Below are positions 25,682-36,202 of a DNA stretch of 64,000 nt, one piece after another. The notes beneath the pieces are model-generated. The model ran no database searches and was not told the DNA's origin. It was given only the letters and a program-made list of their open reading frames with translations. The position numbers and the translations under genes were made by a program. Within the stretch, counting starts at the first letter, position 1. Each line of letters opens with the position of its first letter. The stretch is from Candidatus Uhrbacteria bacterium CG10_big_fil_rev_8_21_14_0_10_48_11 (GTDB taxonomy: Bacteria; Patescibacteriota; Patescibacteriia; GWA2-46-9), in the NCBI GenBank assembly GCA_002793855.1, contig PFET01000012.1, positions 6,222 through 70,221 on the forward strand. Direction: 5' to 3'.

Positions 25682-26910
25682 CTAGTGCGTCGGTCCAGCT
25701 GGTGTAAACAAATCCGTTTCGAAACGAGCTACTTCTGTACCCGTAGGATAATTATCAGCTGTAGGATCAACCTGTTTAACTAGGTAGTGGGTACTAAAAT
25801 TATTTTCCTTAAAACCTTCTTTGGTAAGTAATCGTTTTTCTCCATTCATAATAAGGTAACGTTCGTTCGATTTCTTGTACTGGATAATAGTACCGTCCGG
25901 ATGTACGTCGCTTGACGTAATAGGCGCCCCGACAGAAAAGGAAACAAAGTACCCATCTGGGATTGTTATTGCATTTTTTCCCAGTGCTTACCATAGAGTG
26001 CCTCACCAATTTCGTTCGTTGTAATTTCTCGAAGGTAACCATTGGGCGTTACTGCGTAAATTTTTGAATCGTTCTCAATTTTTACCAACGTTGTACCGGG
26101 ACGAATAAGCACATTGCCAGCAGTCGGCAATGAAGCAATAAAATCAAATGACACATCTACAACGTTCGACTGGTTTGGGTACCAGGTACGAAAAATATCT
26201 TTGTACAAAACGTCCTTACCTTTGGCGTCGTCATGCAGCGCAAAAAACGCATAGCGCTTGAGGTCGTTTCCAATATAGTAGTAAAGCTCATTACCTGAAT
26301 GGTCAGTATAACGAATAACCGAACCAGCCCCGATTACTGGACGCTGTTTGGTAACAGCGTGTCGTACGTTTACGGACTATTTAGCTCCGGCATTGGTAAC
26401 AGTAAGGTCAGTGAGGTGAGCCCGCAGTGTCGCTTTGATAGGCACAGTGTCCAAAATTGTTCCATAAACAGAAAGAGTTGTAGTGCTACCAGATGAAACC
26501 AAGAAAGGGCTCGGCATCGTAAAATCAACGATACGAACATTATTATTTTCTTTGACTACTGCTATGTCGCTTGCTGATGTCGTCGTACAGTTACTTTCAA
26601 TACACGTTCTGATTACAACATATACATTGTCACCGACAGCAGTGACACCATTATTTCGATCATCTATTTTTACTGTTCCCTTTATTGTTTCAATCTCCCC
26701 ATTTATTGGTGCGTGGACGTAAAAACTAGCAATTTCCAGATTGGCACCCGGCGCTAGCTCGTTGGGCTGAGGCGCCGCCTCTCCTAACCCTACGCCTACA
26801 ATTATCGTATTAGCCTTGCGCGCATAACTTACCGTAGGCAGCAACGTTAGTGCCAAAACAATTGAAAAAACGGTAATAATGGTTCGATTTCGCATAGAAA
26901 ATAACGGCAA
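25682..26910 (-). pseudogene. Disrupted secreted repeat protein (about 409 codons): signal peptide, in-frame TAG at 26377..26379, and a +1 shift needed in the A6 tract at 25974..25979
   Basis: A non-random protein frame continues straight through the TAG for 136 codons. Adding one A to GGGAAAAAATG restores the frame into IPDGYFVSF...PTH. The C-terminal repeats resemble those of the 974-aa protein. Confidence 0.55.
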
Positions 26911-26984
26911 TAATTAAGAGGCAAACCTTAACCCCTAAGGCCGTTTTTGTCAACCAAAACGCCTCCCTACCCTCTGTCACTACG

Positions 26985-28793
26985 TTAGTTCTGGCGAGTA
27001 GCAATTTGTGCTTGTACTCGAGAAATAAAATCAGCCAAGGTAATTTGCAATAACTCTTTTTCTCCGCGAACCCGCACAGAGAGTTGTGTACCGTCATCCC
27101 ATTTTCCCTCTTTAGGCGCCTCTTTGTCGCCAATCACCAATGCGTACGGCAGTTTCTCCGAAGCTGTTCGCCGTATCTTATTACCAACCGTGTCACCACT
27201 TTGATCAATGCTTACTCGTATACCTTCCGCTTCAAATTTTTCTGCAAGCATCAAGACGGCATCAAGATGCCCTTCGCCAACTGGCACCAAGCCAACCTGC
27301 ACCGGTGAAAGCCAAACCGGAAATGCTCCGGCAAAGTGCTCGATGATAATACCAATGAAGCGCTCCATTGAGCCGTAAATAACTCGATGGATGGCAACCG
27401 GCGTTTGTTTTTTTCCCTCTGCGTCAGTGTAATGCAAGTTAAAACGGCGCGGTTGCTGGAAGTCTAACTGAATGGTGCCCATCTGCCACTCCCTACCAAG
27501 GATGTCGCGCATAAGAATATCCACCTTCGGCCCATAGAAGGCACCATCACCATCAAGGACGGTAAATGCCTTACCACTCTTCAGTAGTATTTCTTTTAGT
27601 GTTCCCTCAGCACGATCCCACGTCTCACTATCTCCCATAAACTTTTCCGGCCGCGTTCCCATTCGGTACGAGTACTTGAGTCCAAAAATAGAGTAGAAGC
27701 GATCGACAATTTCAAAGACCCTAGCGTACTCATCACCGATCATATCCTCAGAAACAAAAATATGCGCATCGTCTTGGCGAAATTCACGAACCCTAAACAA
27801 CCCATTTAACGTACCCGAAAGTTCATTGCGATGAATCGGATCAGTGTCCGAAAAACGTAGTGGTAAATCACGATAGCTTCTTCCGCGCGAACCAAACACC
27901 ACCATGGCGTTTGGACAGTTCATGGCTTTAACCCCATACTCTTCCTCTTCGTCGGTTTTTGCCACAAACATATCCCCCCAATAATGTTCGCAATGACCAG
28001 AAGTGATGTAGAGTTCACGCTTATTAAGAAGCGGAGAAACAATTTCTTGGTAGCCGCGACGTCGATGCTCATCTCGCCAAAACTGGATAAGTTCGTTGTA
28101 GAGAACAACTCCCTTCGGTAGCCAGTACGGCATCCCAGGGGCGGTTTCGTGAAACATAAATAAATCAAGCTCTTGACCAAGTTTCCGGTGGTCACGCTTC
28201 TTTGCCTCTTCTATCATTGCAAGATGTTGAGAAAGGTCGCGTTCGGTTTCAAAAGCTACCCCATAGACACGTTGCAGCATTTTGTTCTTTTCGCTTCCTC
28301 TCCAGTACGCACCGGCAAGCTTAGTCAACTTGAACGCGCCTATTGCTTCGGTGCTTTTTACATGAGGTCCTCGACACAAATCGACAAAAGCCCCCGTTTC
28401 GTAAACTGAGGTAATCTCCTTTGCAGCCGGATCGATATCAAAAGACTCATCGGCCTCTACTTTTGTTGTCCCTTTATCGCGCAGCGCCTCTAATAGCTCA
28501 ACCTTATAGGGCTGCTTTTTCTCCTTAAAAAAGGCAATTGCTTCTCCAATTGGCATTTCTCTACGAACAAACGCTTCGTTTCGTTTTTTAATCTCCTCCA
28601 TTTTTTCTTCAATAGTCGACAGATTGTCGACCGAAAGCGACACGGGAAGATCAACGTCGTAGTAAAAACCATTTTCTACAACGGGACCGACACCAAATTG
28701 CGCGGTCGGGTAAAGCTCTTGCAATGCGGCGGCAAGTAGGTGCGCTGCTGAGTGGCGCATTGTTTCGACGGCTGAAAGTTTTGGTTCATTCAT
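26985..28793 (-). CDS. thrS: Threonyl-tRNA synthetase
   Basis: Class II motifs and anticodon-binding domain; 602 aa. Confidence 0.95.
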   Translation of the reverse strand: MNEPKLSAVETMRHSAAHLLAAALQELYPTAQFGVGPVVENGFYYDVDLPVSLSVDNLSTIEEKMEEIKKRNEAFVRREMPIGEAIAFFKEKKQPYKVELLEALRDKGTTKVEADESFDIDPAAKEITSVYETGAFVDLCRGPHVKSTEAIGAFKLTKLAGAYWRGSEKNKMLQRVYGVAFETERDLSQHLAMIEEAKKRDHRKLGQELDLFMFHETAPGMPYWLPKGVVLYNELIQFWRDEHRRRGYQEIVSPLLNKRELYITSGHCEHYWGDMFVAKTDEEEEYGVKAMNCPNAMVVFGSRGRSYRDLPLRFSDTDPIHRNELSGTLNGLFRVREFRQDDAHIFVSEDMIGDEYARVFEIVDRFYSIFGLKYSYRMGTRPEKFMGDSETWDRAEGTLKEILLKSGKAFTVLDGDGAFYGPKVDILMRDILGREWQMGTIQLDFQQPRRFNLHYTDAEGKKQTPVAIHRVIYGSMERFIGIIIEHFAGAFPVWLSPVQVGLVPVGEGHLDAVLMLAEKFEAEGIRVSIDQSGDTVGNKIRRTASEKLPYALVIGDKEAPKEGKWDDGTQLSVRVRGEKELLQITLADFISRVQAQIATRQN

Positions 28794-28803
28794 AGCGTAA
28801 AAT

Positions 28804-28965
28804 TAAAAAAACCCAAAATCACAAATCGTGATTTTGGGACTTCGGTAAAATACCAAAGCGGTTCCACCCAAATTCCCCAACTGGGGCACTCATACAAACA
28901 GGCTTAGTCCTAGCGGAACGCATATACTGCGTACGGCGTTGGTAGCGCCGTCAGTTACCTGACTA
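28804..28965 (-). promoter_or_regulatory. T-box riboswitch leader (Thr specifier ACC) with antiterminator and terminator
   Basis: The T-box sequence AATTTGGGTGGAACCGC resembles the AAUUAGGGUGGUACCGCG consensus. The specifier hairpin ACGGCG-cuACCAa-CGCCGU carries an ACC codon followed by A. Antiterminator helices are UUUGGG/CCCAAA and GCUUUGG/CCGAAGU. The terminator CCCAAAATCAC-gattt-GTGATTTTGGG plus U7 shares CCCAAA with the antiterminator. Confidence 0.7.
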
Positions 28966-28966
28966 C

Positions 28967-28995
28967 ACTATACGCCATCACCAATGCAGCGTCAA
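28967..28995 (-). promoter_or_regulatory. Promoter TTGACG-17-TATAGT for the thrS leader
   Basis: Near-consensus hexamers with a 17-nt spacer. Confidence 0.55.
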
Positions 28996-28996
28996 G

Positions 28997-30124
28997 CTAC
29001 TGAAAGCGCAGCTCTATTTTGCTCGGCAGCCTTGGTAAATGCTGCTGCCAGTAAGGAATAAGCTGCACCTCAACACTATCTATGCCTTCAAAGTGCGACA
29101 AAAATTGCTTGACCTCTGTCGGTGTCGCGCCTACAAAGTTGATTGGTGAGAAAACTGAGCTTGTGGTATCAAGCGCTGCGCCTACGGTAGCGATACCGCT
29201 AATGAGCGCTGTCCGCGCAATGGGATCATAGTCAGCGATAGTGTACTGCCAGTTATTCCCAACCATGCTCACTTGTCCACCGGCAGCATTTTTTACCACA
29301 TCGTTTAGCGCCTCTTTGCTAAAGGCGACTGCAATAACCCTTACGCGTAGTGTAGCCGTCAACGCCGCAGCACTATCCCCTGTCTTGCTCGAATAGTCTT
29401 CACTTAACGCGGTCGTAATAAAATCTGCATCGGTAAGATCACCACTAGCAACATGCGCACCGTCCGTACGCTTAACCGCATCAAGGGCACGACGCAACAA
29501 CGTCTGTTTAGCATTCTCAATGTCTTGATCGGTAACCTCGCGCACTACCGCACCACCGCGCACCATAGCAACCGAAGAGGTGGCGTAGATGTCCTTTTGT
29601 AAATTTGGCGACAAGCCTGGTATCGTAAAGTGGCTCGGCCCGACGAGGTAGCTATCTTCTGAACCGTCCGCTTCGACAACCGCACTAACCTGCCCACCGG
29701 CGGGAACCCGGACAGCTTGTGTCAAACGGAACAGGATATTGTCGGGTGTCAGCAATCGCGTTGTTTCAACCAATGGCTGCGCACGGTCACTAGTATTAAT
29801 AATAGTTACGATACCTCCAGCTTTCGCGGTTGGCTCAGGATTTTGCTGTAATAAAAACGTGTCTGATTCGTCCTTTGTGGTTTCTAAAAAGGTCGCAGAA
29901 ATGGCACCGTCTGGCAGCGTCTTTCCTATTGTTTCTTCTGCTAGCGTTGCCTTGTACGAAACATCCCGTTCAACCGGATGACGATGCACAACAATAACCG
30001 CTCGTGAAAGCGTTGTGTACGCAATAAACCCAAGCAAAATAACTGTTAACACCACGAAAGAAATCGCAATGTTTCTTAGTAGTTTCGCTTTCGTTGGTAG
30101 TAGTTCTAAATCCCCCATAGACAT
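28997..30124 (-). CDS. Hypothetical membrane-anchored protein with extracytoplasmic domain (375 aa)
   Basis: N-terminal TM helix (IAISFVVLTVILLGFIAYTTL); no motif recognised. Confidence 0.45.
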   Translation of the reverse strand: MSMGDLELLPTKAKLLRNIAISFVVLTVILLGFIAYTTLSRAVIVVHRHPVERDVSYKATLAEETIGKTLPDGAISATFLETTKDESDTFLLQQNPEPTAKAGGIVTIINTSDRAQPLVETTRLLTPDNILFRLTQAVRVPAGGQVSAVVEADGSEDSYLVGPSHFTIPGLSPNLQKDIYATSSVAMVRGGAVVREVTDQDIENAKQTLLRRALDAVKRTDGAHVASGDLTDADFITTALSEDYSSKTGDSAAALTATLRVRVIAVAFSKEALNDVVKNAAGGQVSMVGNNWQYTIADYDPIARTALISGIATVGAALDTTSSVFSPINFVGATPTEVKQFLSHFEGIDSVEVQLIPYWQQHLPRLPSKIELRFQ

Positions 30125-30150
30125 AGCATAGCAAACTGTTAGAAAAGGTA

Positions 30151-33100
30151 CTAGACAAGCGACTCTTCTTCGTTTGACTCGGTGGTTGGTTCTGGCTCAC
30201 GGCGCTGAAAACGTAGCCGCTCCCATCGTTTGACGGTATCAGGAAACTGCTCCATCTCAAGAACCTCAACCGCGTCCGCAATAATTTGCACTTCGCCTTC
30301 GTGCCTTGCCACCTTTCCAGCTACCAGTACGATGTTGTCAGGCTCCCAGACCGTTGGTGACTTTTGGTACGTACTCGGAAACACGATAATCTCGGCACTA
30401 GCTGTAGCGTCAGACACTTTCACAAAACACATTAAGTCACCCTTCTTTGTAGTAATGCGCCGTACCGTATCAATAACCGCGCCCACACCAATAACGTCAT
30501 CGCTGCGATAAAACGGAAGATGGCCGACAGGAATGGTGAAAGGAGCAATACCGGAGGCAAATGCCTGAAGCGGGTGCTCTGTTACGTAAAGCCCAAGCAA
30601 CTCCCGCTCCCAGGTAAGACATTGCTTTGTATCCGCTGGCGGGACCTCTTCTAGTATTAATGGTAGGGGTGCGTTCATTGCTTCGCCAAACAGGGTCGCC
30701 TGTCGGCTCGCCGCGGCGGTTGCGGCCGCTCGATTGTAACGCAACATAGCTTCCGTCCCATTAAGTAATTGCTGCCGCTCTCCCCACTCGTCAAGACAGC
30801 CTGACTTAATTGCGCTCTCAAGAAACCGCTTGTTAAAATTCTTCGTCTGCATTCGTAAAAGAAAATCTTCTAACGAGGCGAACGGACCATTCTCTTTGCG
30901 CTCTTCAATAAGCGCGCGCGCTACATCCTCGCCAACGTTTTTAATAGCCAAAAGACCAAAGCGAATGTGCTGCTCGTCAAGCCAGGTAAAATGTTCGTAA
31001 CTCTCGTTGACGTTAGGCGGCAATACTTCGATACCCATGCGGCGACATTCGGCAACAATTTCCCCAACCTTATCTAGGTTGTGACTCTCGGCACGCAGGA
31101 CCGCCGTCATATACGCGCAAGGGTAGTTTGCTTTAAGGTACGCGGTTTGGTAGGCAACAATGCCGTAGCTGGCGGCGTGGCTCTTGTTGAACCCATAGGC
31201 GGCAAACGGCTCAATCAGTTTCCAAAGCTCTTCCGCTTTGGGACCGGTAAGTTTACTGGTGTTCATACAGCCACTAATAAAGCGCTCTTTTTCTGCCGCC
31301 ATCACTGCCGGAATTTTTTTACCCATCGCTCTACGCAGCGTGTCGGCCTCCTCCCAACTATAGCCAGCAATCTCAATCGCAATTAACAGTACGTCATCCT
31401 GATAGGTAACAATACCGTACGACCGCTCTAGGATAGACTTTAACCGCGGGTCAAGGTAGGTAATTTTGCGCGCATTGTGTTTGCGCTCAATATACTGAGG
31501 AATGTTACTCATCGGCCCCGGACGAAAAAGTGCAACCATGGCCATAATATCGTGAATGGTTGTTGGTCGTAGCTCTTTAAGATACCGAGTCATACCAGAA
31601 CCTGACAGCTGGAAAAGACCTATGGTTTCACCTCTGGCCAAAAGCTCATACGTTTTTTTGTCGTCTAGAGGTAAGTCGTTAATATTAATCTCAACGTTGT
31701 ATATCTTTTTGATGAGTTTGACCGCGCCCCCCAAAATAGCCAAGTTGCGAATACCAAGAAAATCCATTTTCAGTATGCCAATATCTTCTACGGCGTGCAT
31801 TTCATATTGAGTGATTACTTTTTCACCGCCGGCTTCCCGCTGTAATGGCATAAAATCAACCAATGGACCGGGAGTAATAACAACTCCGGCGGCATGCACC
31901 GACGCGTGGCGAACACACCCCTCAACCTTACGCGCCAAATCAAGCAGCCTGCCAACTTCCGGATCGGTTTCGTACCTCCTTCTTAGCTCCGGCTCAATCT
32001 CAAGAGCTTTATCAATCGACATTGGAAAACCCTGTGAACCAACGGGTATCGTTTTTGCTACCTTGTCGCAAAGAGCGTAAGGGTAGCCAAGCACGCGGCC
32101 GATATCTCGAACGGCGGCTCTTGCTTGCATTGTTCCGAAGGTAACAATTTGTGCTACCCGATCTTCGCCATACTTCTCTTTGACGTGGGCGATAACTTCG
32201 TCTCGCCGATCATCGGCAAAATCCATATCGATATCCGGCGGCGTCGGACGCCACTCGTTCAAAAATCGTTCGAAAGGAAGCCGATAGATTAACGGGTCTA
32301 CCGTGGTAATGCCCAGACTAAAAGCTACTAGTGAACCTGCGGCCGAACCTCTAGTGGTTGCCACAATACCTTCAGCTCTTGTCCAGTTTGCAAAATCGGC
32401 GACCACCAAAAAATAGGTCGCGTAACCTTTCTTCTTAATGATGCCAAGCTCATAGCGTAAGCGCTCTTCGGTCTCCGGAGCAATAGTGCCAAAATGATTT
32501 GTGAGACCTTGGTGCGCTAACGCATCAAGGTATTCATCTGCAGTCTTCCCTGTTGGTATGGCAAAGTCTGGAAAAATCCAGGTACCAAGTTTTAGCTCGA
32601 CATTGCAGCGGTCAGCAATCTCAGCAGACCGCTCAACTGCGGCAAGGTCATCAGGAAAGGCGGCGACCATTTCTTCCGGACTTGCAAAATGCAAATCGGT
32701 TGCGGTCATGCGCAGTCGATTGGTATCGCTAATTAACTTCCCTGTCTGCACGCAGAGCAATGCATCCTGCGCCTCGGCGTCCTCCTTATCTAAATAGTGA
32801 CTGTCTTTGGTAGCCACAAGAGAGATACCCGTTTCTTCAGCTAAACGATGCAGTCCACTGTTTGTTTTTACCTGTTCAGTAAGCGAAGGGTGACTCTGAA
32901 TTTCAAAATAAAAATTTTGCTCACCAAAGATAGAACGATAGACCAGCGCCACCTTACGCGCCGCTTCGTAGTCGTCTGCTAGCAATGCCTGTGCAACCTC
33001 TCCGCCAAGACAACCAGAAAGCGCGATGAGACCGCCAGAGTAACGGCGCAATACCTCGTGGTCAACCCTCGGCTTATAGTAAAACCCCTCAAGATGCGCC

Positions 33101-33423
33101 AAGGTAACTAATTTTAGTAGGTTGTGGTAACCCTCCTGATTTTCGGCGAGCAAGGTTAGATGATAGCTGCTGTCGTCAATCCGCGCACGTTTATCGGTTA
33201 AACGATTTGTGGCAACATAGGCCTCTACACCAATGATAGGCTTAATCCCCGCCTTCTTTGCCGCCTTGTAAAATTCAACCACTCCGTAGAGAACGCCATG
33301 GTCAGTAATTGCTAACGCTTCCATACCACGTTTTTTGGTCGCCGCTACCAGCTGGGGAATCTTCGGAAGCCCATCAAGCAAACTATAATGACTGTGCGTA
33401 TGCAGATGAACAAATCTTGCCAT
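30151..33423 (-). CDS. dnaE: DNA polymerase III alpha subunit
   Basis: PHP domain (HLHTHSHYSLLDG) and polymerase core; 1090 aa. Confidence 0.95.
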   Translation of the reverse strand: MARFVHLHTHSHYSLLDGLPKIPQLVAATKKRGMEALAITDHGVLYGVVEFYKAAKKAGIKPIIGVEAYVATNRLTDKRARIDDSSYHLTLLAENQEGYHNLLKLVTLAHLEGFYYKPRVDHEVLRRYSGGLIALSGCLGGEVAQALLADDYEAARKVALVYRSIFGEQNFYFEIQSHPSLTEQVKTNSGLHRLAEETGISLVATKDSHYLDKEDAEAQDALLCVQTGKLISDTNRLRMTATDLHFASPEEMVAAFPDDLAAVERSAEIADRCNVELKLGTWIFPDFAIPTGKTADEYLDALAHQGLTNHFGTIAPETEERLRYELGIIKKKGYATYFLVVADFANWTRAEGIVATTRGSAAGSLVAFSLGITTVDPLIYRLPFERFLNEWRPTPPDIDMDFADDRRDEVIAHVKEKYGEDRVAQIVTFGTMQARAAVRDIGRVLGYPYALCDKVAKTIPVGSQGFPMSIDKALEIEPELRRRYETDPEVGRLLDLARKVEGCVRHASVHAAGVVITPGPLVDFMPLQREAGGEKVITQYEMHAVEDIGILKMDFLGIRNLAILGGAVKLIKKIYNVEININDLPLDDKKTYELLARGETIGLFQLSGSGMTRYLKELRPTTIHDIMAMVALFRPGPMSNIPQYIERKHNARKITYLDPRLKSILERSYGIVTYQDDVLLIAIEIAGYSWEEADTLRRAMGKKIPAVMAAEKERFISGCMNTSKLTGPKAEELWKLIEPFAAYGFNKSHAASYGIVAYQTAYLKANYPCAYMTAVLRAESHNLDKVGEIVAECRRMGIEVLPPNVNESYEHFTWLDEQHIRFGLLAIKNVGEDVARALIEERKENGPFASLEDFLLRMQTKNFNKRFLESAIKSGCLDEWGERQQLLNGTEAMLRYNRAAATAAASRQATLFGEAMNAPLPLILEEVPPADTKQCLTWERELLGLYVTEHPLQAFASGIAPFTIPVGHLPFYRSDDVIGVGAVIDTVRRITTKKGDLMCFVKVSDATASAEIIVFPSTYQKSPTVWEPDNIVLVAGKVARHEGEVQIIADAVEVLEMEQFPDTVKRWERLRFQRREPEPTTESNEEESLV

Positions 33424-33495
33424 ATTACTCTACCAAGAGACGAAAGCCCCGACGAGCGGGGCAATAGATAACAACACCGTGGCTTGGCGAAACGT

Positions 33496-33807
33496 TCATG
33501 TCGCAGAATTTCGTTTACGTTTTGCACTGCTACGTGGTCGTTCGGCCTTTCGCCCAATAAAAAAGGTTGCCACTCTGGTCACCCCTTCAACGAGCAGCTG
33601 CAATGAGGTGGATGCGTGCTCTGCTTTTTCGCTTACCAATGAAATAAAGCGATCAATTACTGCCAACCGCTCACGAAGTTCGGTAAACGTTCGATGGGCA
33701 TCACGAAGTAACATCACGACGTAGTACAGCATCCAGGCAATAAATACCGTTAGCCAAAGCGTGCAGAACGCAAGAATGAAATTAAGAATATCGTGGCTTG
33801 TATACAT
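33496..33807 (-). CDS. Hypothetical small membrane protein (103 aa)
   Basis: One TM segment plus a basic C-terminal tail. Confidence 0.35.
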   Translation of the reverse strand: MYTSHDILNFILAFCTLWLTVFIAWMLYYVVMLLRDAHRTFTELRERLAVIDRFISLVSEKAEHASTSLQLLVEGVTRVATFFIGRKAERPRSSAKRKRNSAT

Positions 33808-33816
33808 AGTTGAATG

Positions 33817-36192
33817 TTAGCGAATACGAATCTGCTGCTTATTTAGTGCCTTCTCAATTTTCTTCTCCACCTCGGCAACCTCTTCGGTGGTTAGCGTCCT
33901 GTCGTTACTGCGCAACGTGAAGTGCAAACTATAGCTGTACTCTCCTGCCTTTAGTCGGTCACCCTTGTAAATATCAAAAAGCTCTATCTCGGTAACCAAT
34001 GGAGAAACGCTACGAATACTATCCACCATATCACTATAGCTAATGTTGCCCCCCATCACAAGGCTCATATCTCGTTTAACTGCAGGAAATTTTGGAACCG
34101 CCTGAAAAGGCATTTGCCCCTTTCTTGCTGTAATGTCGTCAAGTTTTAAATCAAACGCCGCAGCTGACAGTGAAACGCCAAGTGCTTTCAAAAAAGGTGG
34201 CAACAAAATACCCAAGGTACCAATTTGTTTTCCTGCGGCCACGACTCGAACTGCGGCACCGGGCGCAAAAGGATACGGTGCATCTGCTAAAAAGGACGGT
34301 TCTATTCCTCGCTGGCGCAATACTGTTTCCACTGTTCCTTTCGCTATTTGATAGAGGCGTTCAGTGCTCGCTCCTGATTCTGAAACAAGCCCTGAGAGGT
34401 GCACTTCTTCTGTACGGTAACGATCAATTGCCTCTTTCCCTTTGCCGCCCGGAACGTACACTTTCGCCATTTCAAAAATGTTAACGGTGTCATAGGCGCT
34501 CATATTTTTTTCAACGACATCTACCAGAGAAGCAAGAAGGCTCGGGCGCATAACTGCAAGGTCGTTATTGAGCGGGTTAGCAACTCGCAGTGAAGAAGCC
34601 TCGTTTATATTGAGCGCGCTAAGCATTTTTTTGCTAATGAGCGAGTAGCTGTATGTTTCGGTAAACCCCATTGCGCGTAATTCCTCCTTTATTTCTGCCT
34701 CGTTACTAAACCGCAGGTCAGAAAAATCTCTGCCAATCGATGAGCTCGGCGGCAAAAGACCGGCAATGTTGTGGTAACCGTACAAGCGAGCCACTTCTTC
34801 GACCACGTCTTCGGACGCTACAACATCTTGATCACGCCAGTAAGGAACGCTTACCTTTACCACCGAACCGCTACCGCTAACCCCAAAACCCAAGCGCTGA
34901 AGTAGCTGGCGGACACGGGAGGTAGGAATGTGCACACCAAGAAGTCGAACCAAGTCGACAACGGGGAAATGGATAGCTACCTGTTTCTGTTTCTGCTTTC
35001 CCCACACATCAACAACCGCACCTCGCTGATCCCCTCCACACAAGGTACGACACAAGGCGACAGCTCGAGCAAGGGCCTCTTCAGGCGCCACCGGAGAAAG
35101 CCCTTTTTTAAACAACCGTGACGCGTCGGAATCAAGCTGCAACTTACGGCTTGTTTTTCGAACATCGACGGCATCCCATGTTGCCGCTTCAAAAAGTATG
35201 TTCTTCGTTTTTGTCGTAACACCTGACAGCTCGCCACCCATAATGCCGGCAATATCAACAGGACCATCATCGTCTGCGTTCACCAGCTCACCTCCAGCCA
35301 AACTATGGGTTCTGCCATCCAAGGTTAAGATTTTTTCTCCTTTCTCTGCCGGACGAATAACCAAAGCACCCTTTAGCTTATCGGCATCGAACGCATGTAA
35401 TGGTTGTCCATACTCGAGCATGACATAGTTGGTAATATCGACAATGGTATTAATAGGTCGAACACCAGAGCGAATCAATCGTTCTTGCATCCATAGGGGC
35501 GCATTGCCAACACTAATCCCTTCAACGTAGGTCGCCATAAAACGACGACAGCGTACGCGATCTTGAACGTGAATTGATAACGGTAACTTGCTACGACCAG
35601 TGCTGCGAGCAGTCTTCGGCAACCTTAGGGGCTTACCAGTAATGGCGCTAAGTTCTCGCGCAACACCAATGACCGAAGCGATGTCCGGACGATTGGTTGT
35701 CGGTTCAACCTCTAAAAGATCGTCTTCCTCTTTACCCTCAGAAACGATTGACGCTCCTAAAATGGCAGACGGATGGAGCACTAAAATAAGATTATCGTGT
35801 TCACGAAGGCCAAGCTCACTTGAAGCGCAGAGCATCCCCTCTGACTGAACACCGCGAACACTTCTAGCTTCAATAGTGAGCCCGTTCGGCAATACTGCTC
35901 CGGGTAGCGCTAAGGGTACTTTTTGACCAACGGCAATGTTAGGGGCGCCACAAACAATAGTTTTCACTTTGCCTGTTCCTGTTTGCACTTTTGCAATTTG
36001 CAACTTGTCGGCGTTTGGATGCGGTTCGACGCTTACTATTTGCGCAACCACTACATTGCTAAACTCGTAACGAGCATGTTCGATTCGGTCAATGGTCACC
36101 CCGTGCAAAGACAGCAAGGAAGCCGCCTCTTTTGGGTCTTTGGGGACGTCAAGGTAATCGCTAAGCCAGTGGTAAGGTAGAGTAAACTGCAT
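33817..36192 (-). CDS. pheT: Phenylalanyl-tRNA synthetase beta subunit
   Basis: tRNA-binding N-terminal domain, B3/B4 and B5 domains; 791 aa; downstream of pheS. Confidence 0.93.
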   Translation of the reverse strand: MQFTLPYHWLSDYLDVPKDPKEAASLLSLHGVTIDRIEHARYEFSNVVVAQIVSVEPHPNADKLQIAKVQTGTGKVKTIVCGAPNIAVGQKVPLALPGAVLPNGLTIEARSVRGVQSEGMLCASSELGLREHDNLILVLHPSAILGASIVSEGKEEDDLLEVEPTTNRPDIASVIGVARELSAITGKPLRLPKTARSTGRSKLPLSIHVQDRVRCRRFMATYVEGISVGNAPLWMQERLIRSGVRPINTIVDITNYVMLEYGQPLHAFDADKLKGALVIRPAEKGEKILTLDGRTHSLAGGELVNADDDGPVDIAGIMGGELSGVTTKTKNILFEAATWDAVDVRKTSRKLQLDSDASRLFKKGLSPVAPEEALARAVALCRTLCGGDQRGAVVDVWGKQKQKQVAIHFPVVDLVRLLGVHIPTSRVRQLLQRLGFGVSGSGSVVKVSVPYWRDQDVVASEDVVEEVARLYGYHNIAGLLPPSSSIGRDFSDLRFSNEAEIKEELRAMGFTETYSYSLISKKMLSALNINEASSLRVANPLNNDLAVMRPSLLASLVDVVEKNMSAYDTVNIFEMAKVYVPGGKGKEAIDRYRTEEVHLSGLVSESGASTERLYQIAKGTVETVLRQRGIEPSFLADAPYPFAPGAAVRVVAAGKQIGTLGILLPPFLKALGVSLSAAAFDLKLDDITARKGQMPFQAVPKFPAVKRDMSLVMGGNISYSDMVDSIRSVSPLVTEIELFDIYKGDRLKAGEYSYSLHFTLRSNDRTLTTEEVAEVEKKIEKALNKQQIRIR

Positions 36193-36202
36193 ATCGCAAA
36201 AC

